DNA of 64,000 bases from Spirochaetia bacterium. Lineage in GTDB: Bacteria; Spirochaetota; Spirochaetia; CAKZLE01. The notes below the pieces were generated by a model, which had not been told where the DNA came from, did not search any database, and worked only from the letters and a program-made list of their open reading frames with translations. Positions 9,806 through 18,668 of this stretch are shown here, piece by piece (positions within the stretch are counted from its first letter, which is position 1; each line of letters opens with the position of its first letter). The DNA is taken from assembly GCA_963677595.1 (NCBI GenBank), contig OY782041.1, positions 3,808,001 through 3,872,000 of the forward strand, written 5' to 3'. A program made the position numbers and the translations under genes.

Positions 9806-10910
9806 ATGATCATTGAATATAAACAGAGACTCCAGGTTCTGGAGCAGGCCACACTCGCTACCTGGAGGCGACTTTGACCCGGATGTGAAGCATGAACAGC
9901 TCGCAGCACTCGAGAAGCAGACGCTTGCCGGGGACTTCTGGAATGACCGGGAGTCGGCAGAACGTATCTTTGCCGAGATATCTGCTATCAAGGAAGAGCT
10001 CGACCCCTGGGAGTCCCTGATCTCACAGATCGGGGATGCGAATGAATACCTCGAGCTGCTCGAGGAGGAGTTCGAAGAGGAGACGGCACAGGAGTTCTAT
10101 GCACTCGTCGACTCGCTCGAACCCCGGTATGAGGAACTCAAGATCGCATCCCTGCTCAGTGAGCAGTACGACAAGAACAATGCCTTCCTCACGATACATT
10201 CCGGTGCCGGCGGTACCGAGGCATGCGACTGGGTCAATATGCTGCTCAGGATGTATTCTCGCTGGGCTGAGAGGAAGAAGTTCAAGATACAGATCCTCGA
10301 CCTGCAGGAATCGGAGGGCGGCGTGAAGTCAGTCACCCTGCAGATTGACGGCAGGAACGCGTACGGCTACCTGAAGGGTGAGAGCGGGATCCACCGGCTC
10401 GTGAGGATCTCACCGTTCGACTCGAACAAGCGTCGGCATACCTCCTTCGCATCAGCCTATGTCTCACCGGTCATCGAGGACACCATCGATGTCGACATCA
10501 AGCCGGAGGACCTGAGGATCGATACCTATCGTGCTTCCGGTGCCGGGGGGCAGCACGTCAACAAGACAGACTCCGCCGTGCGGATCACCCACCTCGAGAC
10601 CGGGATCGTCGTCCAGTGCCAGAACGAACGGTCGCAGCATAAGAACAAGGCTATGGCAATGAAGGTGCTCACCTCACGTCTCTATGAATACTACCGAATG
10701 AAGAACGAGGCTGAGCAGTCCAAGCATGCCATGGAGAAGAAAGATATCTCATGGGGCAACCAGATACGTTCCTACGTCTTCCAGCCGTATACGATGGTGA
10801 AGGACCACCGTACCAGCCACCAGATCGGGAACATCCAGGCTGTCATGGACGGGGCGATTGACCCCTTTATCGAGACATACCTGACATGGAGACTGGAATC
10901 AGAAAACTGA
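9806..10910 (+). CDS. prfB: peptide chain release factor 2, expressed via +1 programmed frameshift
   Basis: ATG 9806 opens MIIEYKQRLQVLEQATLATWRRL, ending CTT-TGA-C at 9872-9878; the +1 frame continues with GAGGTEACDW, SPF (RISPFD) and GGQ motifs. Confidence 0.97.
9864..9878 (+). other. RF2 +1 frameshift cassette
   Basis: Internal SD GGAGG (9864-9868), 3 nt, then CTT TGA C slippery/stop site, matching the canonical prfB signal. Confidence 0.95.
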
Positions 10911-12067
10911 TCAGCCTGCTGCTGATCATCATCAGTACAATGTCCCTGCACGCAGAGGATGCCCGATCCTTCAGGATCGGGCTCTTCCCGATAGAGCTGC
11001 AGGATTCTGCCGGGATCTCTGGTGCCCAGCAGTATATCATCAAGACAGTCTACAGCGAACTCTTCGGGGAACTCGAGGCACTCTTCTCCTCTGACGTCTT
11101 CTTCGAGGTATACAAGACCTCGTATGCCGGTGCCGAAGTCATCGGGCAGTATGATGAGTCGGTTCTCTTCGAGAACTCTTCCATCTTCACGATCGAGGAT
11201 GACGTGACGGCAGCCTATGCGCTCCGCAGCGACGGGCTCGACATGATCATCTACGGACGGTTCAGCCATATCGATGACCTGCTCATCTTCGAACTCGTCC
11301 GGATAGACCGGGACCTTGGGCGATCAGTCCTCTACTCCAACATCATCTCGAAGAACCGGCTCGCCTCCGAGATCGAACGGATGTTCCGTCTCGTCATCGA
11401 GGATATAACGGGCATGGAGACTGGTACGCTCACTATCCGGCAGGATGAGGGCTACCATGTGACTGTCGGCATTGGGGACGGGATCATCACCACGGTATCC
11501 GATGAGATCTTCAAAGTACTCCCGCATGGGATCTACTCCTTCGAGTTCTTCATCGACACCGTCTCTACCGGCAAGCGCACCGTGGCCGTACTCGATGAAT
11601 TCCAGGAACTCTACATAGAACCACCGGCTGCGGCACCCAAGACCCGGTATATAAGCTCGCTGCCCATGGGTGCAGACCTGCGGGTGAACTCGATCTATCT
11701 CGGGAGCACCCCGGCAGTGGTCACGTCGGCAAGCTACCCGGGCTACCGTACCGGCTTAGAGCTTGAGCTTGACGGATACGAACTCTACCGGGGCAGCCTC
11801 CCTGCCGGCAGGCTGCAGGAGACGGTCTACCTCCGTCCTGATTGGATGGCCTTCCAGGGTCAGGTCGACAGGGGCCGGGAGAGCTTCTACACCTCCCTCG
11901 GTTCGCTGATACTCTCACTTCCTATATCAATTTTCTCTGGTTTCATGTATGATACAACTGATCTTGGGTACTGGAACCTGCTGCAGCTCGCTGGTCATGC
12001 CACGACTGCCTACTTCGGGATACAGACGGTTACCAACTTGCTGGACTACTACCACAGGATCTATTAA
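10886..12067 (+). CDS. exported PEGA-domain membrane protein, function unknown
   Basis: Signal peptide; PEGA-like ISSLPMGADLRVNSIYLGSTP...LELDGYE; hydrophobic C-terminal segments; overlaps the prfB stop. Confidence 0.7.
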   Translation: METGIRKLISLLLIIISTMSLHAEDARSFRIGLFPIELQDSAGISGAQQYIIKTVYSELFGELEALFSSDVFFEVYKTSYAGAEVIGQYDESVLFENSSIFTIEDDVTAAYALRSDGLDMIIYGRFSHIDDLLIFELVRIDRDLGRSVLYSNIISKNRLASEIERMFRLVIEDITGMETGTLTIRQDEGYHVTVGIGDGIITTVSDEIFKVLPHGIYSFEFFIDTVSTGKRTVAVLDEFQELYIEPPAAAPKTRYISSLPMGADLRVNSIYLGSTPAVVTSASYPGYRTGLELELDGYELYRGSLPAGRLQETVYLRPDWMAFQGQVDRGRESFYTSLGSLILSLPISIFSGFMYDTTDLGYWNLLQLAGHATTAYFGIQTVTNLLDYYHRIY

Positions 12068-12089
12068 CAGGGAACAGAAAGGAACCAAT

Positions 12090-12959
12090 ATGCAGAACTT
12101 TTTTGGAAAGAAACTCGCAGGTCTCTTCAGGCGAAACAGGATAGATGAGACCTTCTTCGAGGATCTCGAGGATACCCTTATCGAGGGTGATCTCGGGGCC
12201 CAGATCACCATGGAACTCGTCGAGGACCTCAAGGAGACGGTGAGGAAGAAGAACCTCGACCAACGGGGGCTGCTCGAAGAGATGAAGCTGATCCTCTCCG
12301 ATTATGTCCATGCCGTCGATTTTGAGATAGCAGCAGATGACAAGCCGCTGCTCTTCCTCGTACTCGGCGTGAACGGTGTGGGGAAGACGACGACCATAGC
12401 GAAGATCTCCCATATGTACCAGGGGCGAGGTATCTCAACGGTGCTCGGCGCCGCTGATACCTTCCGCGCCGCGGCGATCGACCAGCTGGCACTGCACGCC
12501 GAGCGTCTCGGGACGCGGATCGTTCGCCAGTCTCCCGGTTCAGACCCGGGGGCTGTCATCTTCGACACGATCGACAGCGCCATAGCCCGGAAGGAGCAGG
12601 TCATCCTGGCCGATACGGCAGGCCGTATGCACACGAAGGATAACCTTTTGCGGGAACTCAAGAAGATAGACAAGATCGTGACGGGGAAGCTGCCGCCGGA
12701 GAACTACCGGAAGATCCTCGTCATCGATGCGACGACCGGCCAAAACGGCCTGCGCCAGGCAGAGCTCTTCAATGAATCGGTAGATGTCGATGCCATCGTC
12801 CTCACCAAATACGATTCAGCCTCGAAGGGCGGGTCGATCGTACAGATCGGCAAGAAACTCAACATCCCCATCGCCTATGTGGGAATAGGCGAGAAGTACG
12901 AGGACCTGCGCCCCTTTGACAAGGACGAGTTCCTCGACACCCTGCTGGGCCTCTCATGA
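12090..12959 (+). CDS. ftsY: SRP receptor FtsY (no acidic N-terminal domain)
   Basis: [50 protein letters not shown]; start at ATG 12090 after AAAGGA. Confidence 0.97.
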   Translation: MQNFFGKKLAGLFRRNRIDETFFEDLEDTLIEGDLGAQITMELVEDLKETVRKKNLDQRGLLEEMKLILSDYVHAVDFEIAADDKPLLFLVLGVNGVGKTTTIAKISHMYQGRGISTVLGAADTFRAAAIDQLALHAERLGTRIVRQSPGSDPGAVIFDTIDSAIARKEQVILADTAGRMHTKDNLLRELKKIDKIVTGKLPPENYRKILVIDATTGQNGLRQAELFNESVDVDAIVLTKYDSASKGGSIVQIGKKLNIPIAYVGIGEKYEDLRPFDKDEFLDTLLGLS

Positions 12960-13990
12960 CGAGGAGGCTGTCTGTCTATCTGTTGGTCCTCTTTCTCTGC
13001 ACGGCAGTCATCCTGCCTGCAGGGGATGTCTCTTACTATGGATCCAACTCGATCGGACAGCAGCTCTCTCCCCTGGAGGCACCTGCAGGATCAGGCTATG
13101 CCCTCGAAGTCACCGCCACCGATACCGGGACACAGACGGTCCTCCTGCATGATCTGGAGGTCGTATGGTCTGAGACCTCCTCCAAAGACGGTGTCCACCG
13201 GTATATTACGAGGACCAGCCCTGCCGGTAGTGAACTCTACCGTGCCCACTACATCAACAGCAGGCTGGTATCCCTCTCCCAGCGCATAGACGGCTTCACG
13301 GAAGAGGAGACCTACCTCTATGACGAGGACGGCCTGCTGCATACCATCATCCTCGAGCGTGGGGGTGAGGTGGAACACACCTTCTTCTTCCTCGATGACG
13401 CCGGTCGGCTCGAGGGGTTGATGGTCTACCAGGGTGATGCCCCGGACTGGGAGCTCGACCATACGCTCCTGTTCACCTCAAGCCAGGATGCCTTCGCCAT
13501 CGGCGAGGCCGGAAGGTTCGAGATCACCTACAGCCGGGAAGATGGGAGGGATACCTACTCCTATGTCGGTGGGGTGCTGCGCCTGGAGACTGCAATCTCG
13601 AGGGTGGACGGTGACCGGCAGGTCAGCGAGAGAGACCACCAGCTCGGTACAACGAGATTGACGCGATACGACGGGGAGACTGACCGGGTCTCCGAAGAAC
13701 AGTTCACCTCTGCCAGGGCGAAGGAGAACTACAGCCTGTCCAATACCTACGATGATTTCGGAGAGCTCTCTTCACGGACAGTCCTCGATGCCTCGGGAAC
13801 GACGGAATACCGGTACACGGTCAATGACGAAGGCCGTGACCTGGTCACGGTCGTACGGAACGGACAGATGCACAAGGTCATCACCTACCTCGATGATACC
13901 CGGGAAGAGCAGGTCTACCATAATGGGGAATTTTATGCTACGATCATCTATTCAGATGATAACGAGATCCTTGAGGTGATCAATGACTGA
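12956..13990 (+). CDS. exported hypothetical protein with YD-like beta-hairpin repeats
   Basis: Signal peptide; recurring Y-D-x-x-G-x-L type units (YLYDEDGLL, FLDDAGRL, RYDGETDRV, TYDDFGEL); ATGA overlap with ftsY. Confidence 0.7.
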   Translation: MTRRLSVYLLVLFLCTAVILPAGDVSYYGSNSIGQQLSPLEAPAGSGYALEVTATDTGTQTVLLHDLEVVWSETSSKDGVHRYITRTSPAGSELYRAHYINSRLVSLSQRIDGFTEEETYLYDEDGLLHTIILERGGEVEHTFFFLDDAGRLEGLMVYQGDAPDWELDHTLLFTSSQDAFAIGEAGRFEITYSREDGRDTYSYVGGVLRLETAISRVDGDRQVSERDHQLGTTRLTRYDGETDRVSEEQFTSARAKENYSLSNTYDDFGELSSRTVLDASGTTEYRYTVNDEGRDLVTVVRNGQMHKVITYLDDTREEQVYHNGEFYATIIYSDDNEILEVIND

Positions 13991-15221
13991 ACCCGGCAGA
14001 ATACTATCCTCAGCTTCCTACATCTCAGGCAAGTTCCTCTTCAGCAGGAGGAACAAGCGCTACACGGCTGCCTGGTTCACGGTGATCGGTATCGCGGTAG
14101 GCTTCGCCGCGATCTTCATCGTCATAGGAATCATGAACGGGCTCCAGTCCGGGTATCTTGAGGACATCAGGGAGATACAATCCTACCACGTCCAGGCCGA
14201 ACTCGCCGATGGGGCTCAGCCTGAAGCGGTACAGGAAGATATCCTGGCTATTCCCGGCGTTACCTCGGCAGTGCGCTATGTCGACACCCATGCCCTCGTC
14301 GAGTACCGGAACGGGCAGTACTACCCGATCCTGCTGCGCGGGCTCGAGGCTGCCGCCCTCTATGAAGATCCCGGCTTCCTCTCACATCTCGGGCTGCTCG
14401 GTGAAGCGGACCTCCTCAGGGACCGCGAGCTGCTCATCAGCGATTACCTCAGCAGGGTCTTCAGGACCCCCGAGGGCAGTGAGCTCCAACTCACGGTCAT
14501 GGGGACCGGGCAGGTCGTGAGGCATGTCCCCCTCACGTTCTCCACGACGGTGGCCTCACGCTTCTCCAGCGGGTTCCCGGAGGTCAACTACCAGATGGTC
14601 TTCGTCGCCGAGGAGACGGTAGGGACCATCCTCCCTGAGCAGCAGCCTTCGATCGGCATCAAGGCGAGCTCAGGTGACGTCGATGCGCTGAAACAACAGG
14701 TCCTCAGCATCCCGGGGGTAGCTGATGCTTCCACCTGGAAAGAGGCCAACTACGGCTTCTACTCTGCTCTCATGCTCGAGAAGTACGGGATGATGATCCT
14801 GCTCTCCCTCATCTTCCTCGTCGTGATCATGAACGCCAAATCATCCTTCGAGAAATACGTGTTCCACAAGAAGGATGATATAGCGCTGCTGCGGTCCGTC
14901 GGTGCTTCGAAGGGTGTGATCTACCTCGTGTTCCTCATCCAGGGTGCCGCTATATCCTGTGCCGGTCTCCTGCTTGGTGCATTGGCCGGCACACTCAGCG
15001 CGTTGAACATCAGCGGCATCATAGGTGCTGTCCAGAAGCTGCTCTCCCTCTTGACGGGACGTGAGATATCATTCTTCATCCAGGATCTCCCGGTAGCGCT
15101 CTATCCCCGGGAACTCCTGCTGCTTGCCCTCATCGTCCTGCTGCTCTTCCTCCTGAACATATTCACGGCTATTCGTTCACTCATAAACAAACCACCCCTG
15201 GAGATAATGCGCTATGAATGA
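13983..15221 (+). CDS. lipoprotein-releasing ABC permease (LolC/E family)
   Basis: GIAVGFAAIFIVIGIMNGLQ TM1, periplasmic domain, KKDDIALLRSVGAS FtsX-type motif. Confidence 0.88.
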   Translation: MTEPGRILSSASYISGKFLFSRRNKRYTAAWFTVIGIAVGFAAIFIVIGIMNGLQSGYLEDIREIQSYHVQAELADGAQPEAVQEDILAIPGVTSAVRYVDTHALVEYRNGQYYPILLRGLEAAALYEDPGFLSHLGLLGEADLLRDRELLISDYLSRVFRTPEGSELQLTVMGTGQVVRHVPLTFSTTVASRFSSGFPEVNYQMVFVAEETVGTILPEQQPSIGIKASSGDVDALKQQVLSIPGVADASTWKEANYGFYSALMLEKYGMMILLSLIFLVVIMNAKSSFEKYVFHKKDDIALLRSVGASKGVIYLVFLIQGAAISCAGLLLGALAGTLSALNISGIIGAVQKLLSLLTGREISFFIQDLPVALYPRELLLLALIVLLLFLLNIFTAIRSLINKPPLEIMRYE

Positions 15222-15906
15222 CCTTCCCATCCTGTCTGTCGAGAACCTGAGCAAGAGTTATGAGAGCGGCGATGAGCAGCTCATGGTCCTCAAGGACCTT
15301 GAGTTTAGCCTGCTCAAAGGCCACTCCGCCGTCATTCTCGGACGGAGCGGGAGCGGCAAGAGTACGCTGCTCCACATGATAGGGGGCCTCGACCGGCCAG
15401 ATGGGGGTGCTATACGGGTGGGGACGAGGCAGCTGGAGAAGATGCGCCCTTCTGAGCTTGAAACCTTCAGGAGGAGGGATATAGGATTCATCTTCCAGTC
15501 TCATTTCCTGCTTGATGACTTCTCCGTCCTGGAGAACGTTGCCCTTCCTGCCATCATGGATGGGAAGAACCGCAGGGAGTCACTCGACCGGGCAGCCGGA
15601 CTGCTGGACCAGGTCGGTATCCTTCCCCGGAAGGACCATTTCCCCAAGAAGATCTCCGGCGGGGAGTGCCAGCGCGCTGCCGTGGCACGGGCACTGATCA
15701 ATGACCCGCTTCTCATCCTCGCAGATGAGCCTACGGGAAACCTCGATGAATACAACTCTCGGCTGGTGGAAGACCTCCTGTTCAGGATCGTCGAGGAAGA
15801 GTCGAGGAACCTGGTCATGGTGACCCATGACAGGATGCTCAGTTCCCGCGGCACGACCTCCTATGTACTGACAGGCGGGTCCCTGGAGGTCGGGGATGAG
15901 GTATAG
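15214..15906 (+). CDS. lolD: lipoprotein-releasing ABC ATP-binding protein (LolD family)
   Basis: GRSGSGKSTLL, ISGGECQRAAVARAL, ILADEPTGNLD, VTHD; flanked by two LolC/E permeases. Confidence 0.88.
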   Translation: MNDLPILSVENLSKSYESGDEQLMVLKDLEFSLLKGHSAVILGRSGSGKSTLLHMIGGLDRPDGGAIRVGTRQLEKMRPSELETFRRRDIGFIFQSHFLLDDFSVLENVALPAIMDGKNRRESLDRAAGLLDQVGILPRKDHFPKKISGGECQRAAVARALINDPLLILADEPTGNLDEYNSRLVEDLLFRIVEEESRNLVMVTHDRMLSSRGTTSYVLTGGSLEVGDEV

Positions 15907-17095
15907 CGGATCCCTGATGTGGGCCCTGCGCATCCTTGGTGTGGGTGTCCGGGGAAAGAGCGGTAAGCGCAGGCATATCATCAGTTCGATCCTGGTCATC
16001 GCCTGTTCCGTGATCCCCATGGTCCTGGCGATCTATCTGGCAGACGGGATGACCACCGGGATCACGGGGAAGTATATACGCCTCTCCAGCTTCCATGCAC
16101 AGCTTGCTGCGGACCCGGAGGAGGGAGGACTCCCTGCAGACCTGCCGGGTGTCACGGGGGTCTACCCTGTGCGTGAGACCTTCTGCCTCTTCTATTCCCA
16201 GAAAGGATCTTATACCTCGAATCTGAAGGGTGTTCCCCGTGAGTACCTTGCATCACCAGGGGTCACTGATGAGCTTGAGGTCCTCTCCGGCGACCTCGAC
16301 ATCTTCTCAGGCCCTGATATCGTCCTCTCTTCCGAGATAGCCGAGGCCCTGCAGGTCGGCATCGATGACACGGTCGCCGTGGTCACGGTGACCCAGCAGT
16401 CTGGACAGGCTAGGATCAAGCCGTCCATCCTCCATGTGAAGGGGATCATCGAATCCGGCTACAAGGACCTCGATGCATACCTGGCCTACATCGATATCGA
16501 GCAGGCCAGGAAGGTCATGAAGGATGATGATGCAGAGTACCTGGGGATCTTCGCCAATCAGGACATGGCTGAGCATCCTGAAGCCTTACGCACCCTCCTG
16601 GAACCCTATGGTGCCGTGACCACCTGGGACATGCTCAACCGCTCACTCTATGCCAACTTCAAGACCTCGAAACTGATCCTCTATGTGATCATGGTCCTTA
16701 TCATCATCATCGCGACCTTCAATATATCGTCCACCTGCATCATGCTCATCCAGGAGAAGTACGTAGATATCGGGCTCATGAAATCCATCGGGATCAGGAA
16801 GCAGACCATAGCCTACACCTTCAGGATCATCTCGGTCTTCATCGGCCTCGCTGGAGCCGTGATCGGCATCATCATCGGGGTACTCCTCTCATTACAGCTG
16901 AACTCGATCCTAAGCGGCCTGCAGCAGCTCGGTGTATCTGCCCTCGATTTCTACCTGATTGAGCTTCCCCAGGTCATCAGCTGGCCCGATATCCTGTTCA
17001 CCGGGGTCCTGACTGTCCTCCTGTCCGCAGTTTCCTCGTTCATCCCGGTACGAAGGCTGAATTCCATATTGCCGATACACCTGCTTCATGAGTAA
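15896..17095 (+). CDS. lipoprotein-releasing ABC permease (LolC/E family)
   Basis: Four-TM FtsX topology, EKYVDIGLMKSIGI motif, FYLIELP. Confidence 0.86.
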   Translation: MRYSGSLMWALRILGVGVRGKSGKRRHIISSILVIACSVIPMVLAIYLADGMTTGITGKYIRLSSFHAQLAADPEEGGLPADLPGVTGVYPVRETFCLFYSQKGSYTSNLKGVPREYLASPGVTDELEVLSGDLDIFSGPDIVLSSEIAEALQVGIDDTVAVVTVTQQSGQARIKPSILHVKGIIESGYKDLDAYLAYIDIEQARKVMKDDDAEYLGIFANQDMAEHPEALRTLLEPYGAVTTWDMLNRSLYANFKTSKLILYVIMVLIIIIATFNISSTCIMLIQEKYVDIGLMKSIGIRKQTIAYTFRIISVFIGLAGAVIGIIIGVLLSLQLNSILSGLQQLGVSALDFYLIELPQVISWPDILFTGVLTVLLSAVSSFIPVRRLNSILPIHLLHE

Positions 17096-17112
17096 GCTAT
17101 AGAGACAGGGAG

Positions 17113-17730
17113 GTGCAGCTGATGGATGGATTCTTTGATTTCTTCGAACTACGGACTGAGGAGCGTATCCTCACCGATATCAGGATACTCGGCCTCGATA
17201 TCGAGACGACAGGCCTGGATGTCTCAGCCAATGAGATCATCGAGCTCGGCATCGCCTCATACGACCCATCCTCGGGGGGTATCGATACGGTCTTCCAGAG
17301 CTATGTGCACCCCAACCAGCCGTTGAAGGAGCATATCACGAAGATCACCGGGATCGATGAGCCCATGCTAGAAGGGGCTCCCTCCATCGGCGATATTAGC
17401 CGCGAGGTGACTGAGCTCATCAGCGGCAGCCTGCTCGTCATACATAACGCTGATTTCGACATCCCCTTCCTCCAGCGCCATATTGCGGCTGATATCCTGT
17501 CCGGGAATGATGCAGTCGTCTTCGACACCCTCAAATTCAGCAGGAAACTCCTTCATTCCAGTAGATATTCACTTGAGTTCCTGATAGAATCACTTGGTCT
17601 GAACCATGAGAACCACCATAGGGCTGCTGATGATGCACGCATGTGCCTTCAGCTCTTCGACCACCTGCTCAAGCTTCGACCTGATTTCAGGTCCATGGTC
17701 GTTTCAGACATACTCAAGATCGTACAGTAG
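17113..17730 (+). CDS. stand-alone DEDDh 3'-5' exonuclease (DnaQ/PolC-exo-like)
   Basis: LDIETTGL (ExoI), IHNADFDIPFL (ExoII), HHRAADDA (ExoIII); start may be GTG 17113 or a nearby ATG. Confidence 0.9.
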   Translation: MQLMDGFFDFFELRTEERILTDIRILGLDIETTGLDVSANEIIELGIASYDPSSGGIDTVFQSYVHPNQPLKEHITKITGIDEPMLEGAPSIGDISREVTELISGSLLVIHNADFDIPFLQRHIAADILSGNDAVVFDTLKFSRKLLHSSRYSLEFLIESLGLNHENHHRAADDARMCLQLFDHLLKLRPDFRSMVVSDILKIVQ

Positions 17731-17741
17731 GACTGCACCGA

Positions 17742-18668
17742 ATGAATTTAGAACTATATATCTTAGGTACCAGCGGCATGATGCCGCTCCCCAACCGTTT
17801 CCTCACATCCGTTCTGGTACGGAGGGAAGGGGAGCTCATGCTGTTCGACTGCGGGGAAGGGACACAGGTTGCCTTGAAGAAGCTGAACCTGAAGTGGAAG
17901 AAGATCTCGAGGATCTTCATCAGCCATATGCATGCAGACCATGTGACCGGACTTCCCGGTCTCCTGATGCTCTCCTCCCAGGTAGACCGTGAGGAACCGC
18001 TCCATATCTATGGGCCGGCCCGCCTCGAACAGTTCATCGAGGCGAATCGCAGGATCCTCGATATGTACATAAACTATGAGATCATCTTCCATTCCGTAGA
18101 GGATTGCGGTACCCAGTTCCAGGCTGATGATTTCTATGTCGAGTCCTTCAGGCTCAAGCATACGAAACCCTGTTACGGATACAACCTCGTCGAATATGAC
18201 CGGCCTGGTAAGTTCCATCCGGAGAAAGCGGTAGAACTCGGGGTTCCCATGGGACCGATGTGGGCTTCTCTCCAGGCAGGGTCACCGGTGACGCTCGAAT
18301 CCGGTATCGAGGTGACCCCTGAGCAGGTCCTCGGTGAGAAGCGGCCGGGAAGGAAGTTCTCCTATGTGACCGATACGCAGTACCTCGATACGATCCCCGG
18401 CAATGTGTCAGGGGCCGATTTCCTGGTATGCGAGGGGATGTTCGAGAACGCACTCGAAGAGAGTGCTGCTGAGAAGAAGCACCTCACTGCCGGACAGGCC
18501 GGAAGGATCGCACAGGAAGCGGGGGAAGTGAAGAAGATGGGACTCATCCATTTCTCGCCGCGGTACACCGACAGGGAGCTCTACACGCTCCTGGACGAGG
18601 CTAAAGTAGAGTTCGAGAACACGATCCTGCTGCGGGACCTGCGCAAGTTCGAGATACCCTACGTATAG
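17742..18668 (+). CDS. rnz: ribonuclease Z
   Basis: LGTSGMMP, FDCGEGTQ, SHMHADHVTGLPG, GP-exosite, YVTDT, IHFSPRY. Confidence 0.96.
   Translation: MNLELYILGTSGMMPLPNRFLTSVLVRREGELMLFDCGEGTQVALKKLNLKWKKISRIFISHMHADHVTGLPGLLMLSSQVDREEPLHIYGPARLEQFIEANRRILDMYINYEIIFHSVEDCGTQFQADDFYVESFRLKHTKPCYGYNLVEYDRPGKFHPEKAVELGVPMGPMWASLQAGSPVTLESGIEVTPEQVLGEKRPGRKFSYVTDTQYLDTIPGNVSGADFLVCEGMFENALEESAAEKKHLTAGQAGRIAQEAGEVKKMGLIHFSPRYTDRELYTLLDEAKVEFENTILLRDLRKFEIPYV

Noticed and set aside
12956-13990. Rhs/YD toxin system
   Set aside because: Too short, no Rhs core motif (PxxxxDPxG), no toxin tip or immunity gene; housekeeping context
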